Assembly (NCBI GenBank): GCA_027409005.1
Contig: DAHZQE010000372.1
Coordinates: 1-41,960, forward strand
Source of the DNA: Ferrimicrobium sp.
Lineage (GTDB): Bacteria > Actinomycetota > Acidimicrobiia > Acidimicrobiales > Acidimicrobiaceae
Length of the DNA stretch: 41,960 bases
Reading direction: 5' to 3'
A program made the position numbers and the translations under genes. Below are positions 38,463 through 41,960 of this stretch, piece by piece (position 1 is the stretch's first letter; the number at the start of each line of letters is the position of its first letter). The notes under the pieces are model-generated. The model made no database searches, had not been told where the DNA came from, and saw nothing but the letters and a program-made list of their open reading frames with translations.

Positions 38463-39527
38463 ATACTGCGGATTTAGCTTGGAACGCAGCCAAGGAGCGA
38501 TCAGTCGACGTGCTAAAACCTGGACGCCACTTGCGATAGGTATTGCTACCAGCGCACCTGGCACCCCCGCTAACTGTGCGCCTATCAGTACGGCCAGTAA
38601 TATCCACAGCGGATTAAGTTGCACGGTCCTCGAAAGCACCACTGGATTGAGTAGATGGTTCTCGATCTGCTGATAGACCAGAAACACCACTAGAAGAATG
38701 AGTGCTGGGACTAAGCCATGAAGGAGTGCTAGCCCAACGGCAGGGATGCCTGCCAAGAGACCACCGACAAGCGGAATTAGATCTACCAGCCCAACCCACA
38801 CCGCCACCAACAGCGCGAATGGCAACCCAAGTGAGCGAAATGCGACATACACCACCACGCCAGCGATGATCGAAGTTGCGAGATTACCTAGCACGTAACC
38901 ACTGACAGCAACTGCAGTCTCATGAAGAGCGCTACGCAAATTCTTGCCACTGCCACTAGGCAACAGACCCACAGCCACGTCTATGCCGCGCGGTCCCTCG
39001 AGCGAAAAAAACACCGTCAGCATAGCGGTGATAACCACGTCAGTCAAAAACGACAATACACCCTTCGCTGCGAGCAGCGCTGGCCCGACCGCAGTGCCAG
39101 CAAACTTGGCGATCCCTTGGGCAGAAAGATTCAGATAGTGCTCAATATGGAACTTGGTTAACAGTGACACGAGCCGAGTTTTCTTGTGGGTCACAGTGCG
39201 AATCAACGCAGGTAGATCATTGGCGAGTCGAATACCAGCCGAGTAAAGTGGGACACTAAAAATCAATAGAATACCGACTAGCACCGCAGCAGCCACAAAG
39301 ACAGTGAGCGCTACTGCCGCACCTCTTGGAAAGCGCAGACGCATCAAAAGCTTGACCAGGGGTTCGACAATGATAGCCCCAACGATTGCAACAAGCACCT
39401 CTATAGCGAGATGCTGCATGTACATTACAAAGGCAAGCGCCAATACAATCCCAAGGAGACCAACCTCTGCGAGGAAGATCTGTTTGCCGAGACCAGCATA
39501 TCGACTGGCAGTCTCACCGGCCCCCAT
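38427..39527 (-). CDS. AI-2E family transporter (UPF0118)
   Basis: GYVLGNL, DLIPLVG, YQQIENHLLNP and GALVAIPIA motifs. Confidence 0.9.
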   Translation of the reverse strand: MGAGETASRYAGLGKQIFLAEVGLLGIVLALAFVMYMQHLAIEVLVAIVGAIIVEPLVKLLMRLRFPRGAAVALTVFVAAAVLVGILLIFSVPLYSAGIRLANDLPALIRTVTHKKTRLVSLLTKFHIEHYLNLSAQGIAKFAGTAVGPALLAAKGVLSFLTDVVITAMLTVFFSLEGPRGIDVAVGLLPSGSGKNLRSALHETAVAVSGYVLGNLATSIIAGVVVYVAFRSLGLPFALLVAVWVGLVDLIPLVGGLLAGIPAVGLALLHGLVPALILLVVFLVYQQIENHLLNPVVLSRTVQLNPLWILLAVLIGAQLAGVPGALVAIPIASGVQVLARRLIAPWLRSKLNPQYSDPVVGEGGEA

Positions 39528-39774
39528 GCGTCCCCACTCTCAATTCCATCATGGCAACCACAATCCGGCACCTCAAATTTTCCATCAACTATGACAGCAT
39601 GACCTTAGTAGTCGATCCTCATTGAAGTGGTAACGTCAATAGCCTCCAACCGAAACGCGCAGCACATCTACCGCTCACGACTCCAGAACCTAAAGGCCCA
39701 CCTTAGCCCTTCTAGTAGAGATTATTGACGCCAACAACCACCTCTTTATCGCTTTGTTCAACTAAGGTGAAGAT

Positions 39775-40938
39775 GTGAGCACTTGGCGGTCCAAGAGCGG
39801 CGACGGTCGCCGCAACACCTCCCACCGCCTCCCTTCTGATCAGTCGCGAGAGGTTATAACAGGGACCCGACGCAGCCTCAGCAAGCTTGTTCGCCACTTC
39901 GCAATCCGGGGAATATGGGGGTTTGCGATTCTTCTGGTAGTCGAATACCTGGTGATCCCCCAGATCGCTGGAGCAAGAAAAACTCTCCATCTACTCAGCC
40001 AAGCCAATTATTGGCTGATCCCCCTGGCGATTGTGGCCGAGGCGCTATCGCTCTTCTCTTACGCCAAGTTAACATCTGCCGTTCTCCCACAGCCACAACC
40101 GTCGCTAAAGTCATTGGCCAAGGTTGACCTTTCCGGACTGGCGGTATCGCATGTTTTGCCTGGCGGTACCGCAAGTGGCGCTGGGCTAACGGTACGCCTT
40201 CTCAATGGTCTCGGTGTTCGTGGTACGGATGCGGGGGTAGCCCTCGCCACTCAGGGAATAGGCTCTGCCGTCGTGCTAAACGTCATCCTCTGGCTAGCAC
40301 TCATAATCTCGCTACCGCTATTCGGTTTCAACACCCTCTACCTAATCGTCGCCGCTCTTGGAATCGTCCTTATGGCCCTCGTGATAGCGCTAGTGCTGAC
40401 ACTGACACGCGGCAATCAACGCCTGGTGGATCTGGTAGATAAGATCATCGGAAAAATCCCATTCCTTAACCGCATCCAGTCTCCGCTACACGCTGGCATC
40501 ATCCGAGCTGGTGAACGGATCCGCGCTCTCGTCGGAGATCGGGTGCTTCTAAAAAAGGCCGTTACCTGGGCAGCATGCAACTGGCTCTTCGATGCACTGA
40601 GCCTCTGGATTATGCTGCTAGCGTTTGGTTCTGTCGTTAACCCTGACGCGCTACTAGTAAGTTATGGGATCGCAAACGTCGCGGCGGCAATCCCTATTAC
40701 CCCAGGGGGACTTGGTGTAGTCGAGGGAATCATGATCCCATTGATCACCGGCTTTGGAACAACTAGAGGCATAGCCATACTCGGCGTCCTTTCGTATCGG
40801 CTGTTCAATTTCTGGATACCAATCCCGGTTGGAGTGGGAACCTATGTCTCGCTCAAGTTAAGCCGAGGAGAGGAGATCACTATGGAACTCGATCAACTTG
40901 ACTCTCCACCAGATGAAGAGGATGGCTCGAAAGACTAA
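39775..40938 (+). CDS. Lysylphosphatidylglycerol synthase TM-domain protein (stand-alone MprF-like flippase, UPF0104)
   Basis: SHVLPGG, IPITPGGLGVVE and LSYRLFNFWIP motifs; multi-TM; no aminoacyl-transferase domain. Confidence 0.88.
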   Translation: MSTWRSKSGDGRRNTSHRLPSDQSREVITGTRRSLSKLVRHFAIRGIWGFAILLVVEYLVIPQIAGARKTLHLLSQANYWLIPLAIVAEALSLFSYAKLTSAVLPQPQPSLKSLAKVDLSGLAVSHVLPGGTASGAGLTVRLLNGLGVRGTDAGVALATQGIGSAVVLNVILWLALIISLPLFGFNTLYLIVAALGIVLMALVIALVLTLTRGNQRLVDLVDKIIGKIPFLNRIQSPLHAGIIRAGERIRALVGDRVLLKKAVTWAACNWLFDALSLWIMLLAFGSVVNPDALLVSYGIANVAAAIPITPGGLGVVEGIMIPLITGFGTTRGIAILGVLSYRLFNFWIPIPVGVGTYVSLKLSRGEEITMELDQLDSPPDEEDGSKD

Positions 40939-41072
40939 ACCATCCTGCACTCAAATACCCTATCTTGAACGCGATTTTCCGAAGCGCGGCTCGGGCGCCG
41001 GACTCAAAGCACCTCTGCCCGCCCCAGACCTACAAGCAGAAGCGAGTAACACTCGATACGAGGGTCCCAAAC

Positions 41073-41099
41073 CATGCGAACCCAGGCATGCGACCCCAG
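41073..41099. repeat. Tandem 13-bp imperfect direct repeat CATGCGA(A/C)CCCAG
   Basis: Copies at 41073-41085 and 41087-41099 differ by one base. Confidence 0.5.
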
Positions 41100-41140
41100 C
41101 GATGCAACCATCGCGGGTAGGCCGACACCAACTTTACATA

Positions 41141-41960
41141 CTATTTATTGCGTTGCTGTTGTACGATGATGTGAGTTGGCAAACCCTGTGCAACCTCAGC
41201 AGCCTCAGGATACATCTCCGAGAGCGTCGGATGGGGATGAATGGTGAGCGCCAAATCATCGATGGTTGCACCGAGTTCAATCGCGAGCACGGCCTCGCTG
41301 ATTAGATTCGAGGCGTCTATCCCGACGATATGCACACCAAGGAGCCGCCTGCTGTCCGCCAGAGCTATGAGCTTCACCTCGCCTACCGACGCACCAAGAA
41401 CAATCGCTCGCCCGTTGGCACGATAGGGAAACTTGGCGACTAGGACGTTGTCAGGATAACGCGAGCGCGCCTCCTGCTCACCCAGGCCAGCGACGGCCAC
41501 CTCTGGTTCAGCAAAGATTACAGCGGGTATTACGGTAGCGTCGTTGCCCGCTTGTTGTCCAGCGGCAACCTCTGCAGCCACTTTGGCCTCGTAGTAGGCC
41601 TTATGAGCGAGCATGGGGCCAGGCACGATATCACCAATGGCAAAGACATGCGCATTTGAGGTTCGCATCTGGTCATCGACCTCGACACGATAATCGGAAC
41701 CAATGGTAATGCCAGCCATCGCCAGCCCCAGATCATCATCCAAGTTTGGCACCCGCCCAACCAGCACGGCGACCGCGTTTCCACGAATCTCCTCTGTAAG
41801 TTCACCGTTCGTGATCTCCACCACGACGGAGTCCCCTACGGTCTTCATGCCATGAACCTCAACACCAGTCCGCACCTCAACACCCATCTCCCTCAGGACG
41901 GTCCGAAGTGTTCGCTGGATCTCTGGTTCTACACCCATCACAATCTCTGGAGCCATCTCA
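41141..41960 (-). CDS. lpdA: Dihydrolipoamide dehydrogenase, C-terminal part (5' end outside window)
   Basis: GRVPN, FAIGD..GPMLAHKA, FPYRANGRA and IHPHPTLSE motifs; the frame is open to the window edge. Confidence 0.92.
   Translation of the reverse strand, partial: EMAPEIVMGVEPEIQRTLRTVLREMGVEVRTGVEVHGMKTVGDSVVVEITNGELTEEIRGNAVAVLVGRVPNLDDDLGLAMAGITIGSDYRVEVDDQMRTSNAHVFAIGDIVPGPMLAHKAYYEAKVAAEVAAGQQAGNDATVIPAVIFAEPEVAVAGLGEQEARSRYPDNVLVAKFPYRANGRAIVLGASVGEVKLIALADSRRLLGVHIVGIDASNLISEAVLAIELGATIDDLALTIHPHPTLSEMYPEAAEVAQGLPTHIIVQQQRNK

Noticed and set aside
1-41960. tRNA, rRNA, CRISPR arrays, prophage or anti-phage defence genes
   Set aside because: No cloverleaf, rRNA-like segment, regularly spaced repeats, or recognisable phage or defence domains were seen by eye; a tRNAscan/Infernal run would be needed to exclude small RNAs.

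Overview
A 42-kb, moderately high-GC bacterial chromosomal segment. Gene content (WhiB, uvrC-rapZ-yvcK-gap-pgk-tpiA-secG synteny, many leaderless genes) points to Actinomycetota. An acidimicrobial lineage such as Ferrimicrobium is my inference, not verified. The window opens inside an IS1380-family element. An accessory-looking stretch follows: CAP-domain protein, 1-Cys peroxiredoxin, MarC, L,D-transpeptidase, GGDEF protein, a FAD-oxidase/ThDP-enzyme pair, PRC-barrel protein, ICMT-like methyltransferase, acyl-CoA ligase and a PAS-GGDEF/HDOD pair. Next is a minus-strand housekeeping block (menG, isochorismate synthase, uvrA, uvrC, methyltransferase, rapZ, yvcK, gap, pgk, tpiA, secG) in which uvrC has an in-frame TAG and whiA is missing from its usual place. 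MscS, MaoC, PPK2, VIT1, FdhD and WhiB follow. The best candidate for a new system is the six-gene membrane-glycolipid locus at 34378-40938: a GT28/UgtP-like glycosyltransferase fused to an apparently inactive CE4 domain, an intact CE4 deacetylase, an LPG_synthase_TM flippase, DMT and AI-2E transporters and an alpha/beta hydrolase. The window ends in a partial lpdA. No rRNA, tRNA or CRISPR array was seen. All calls come from reading motifs by eye; no database searches were run.
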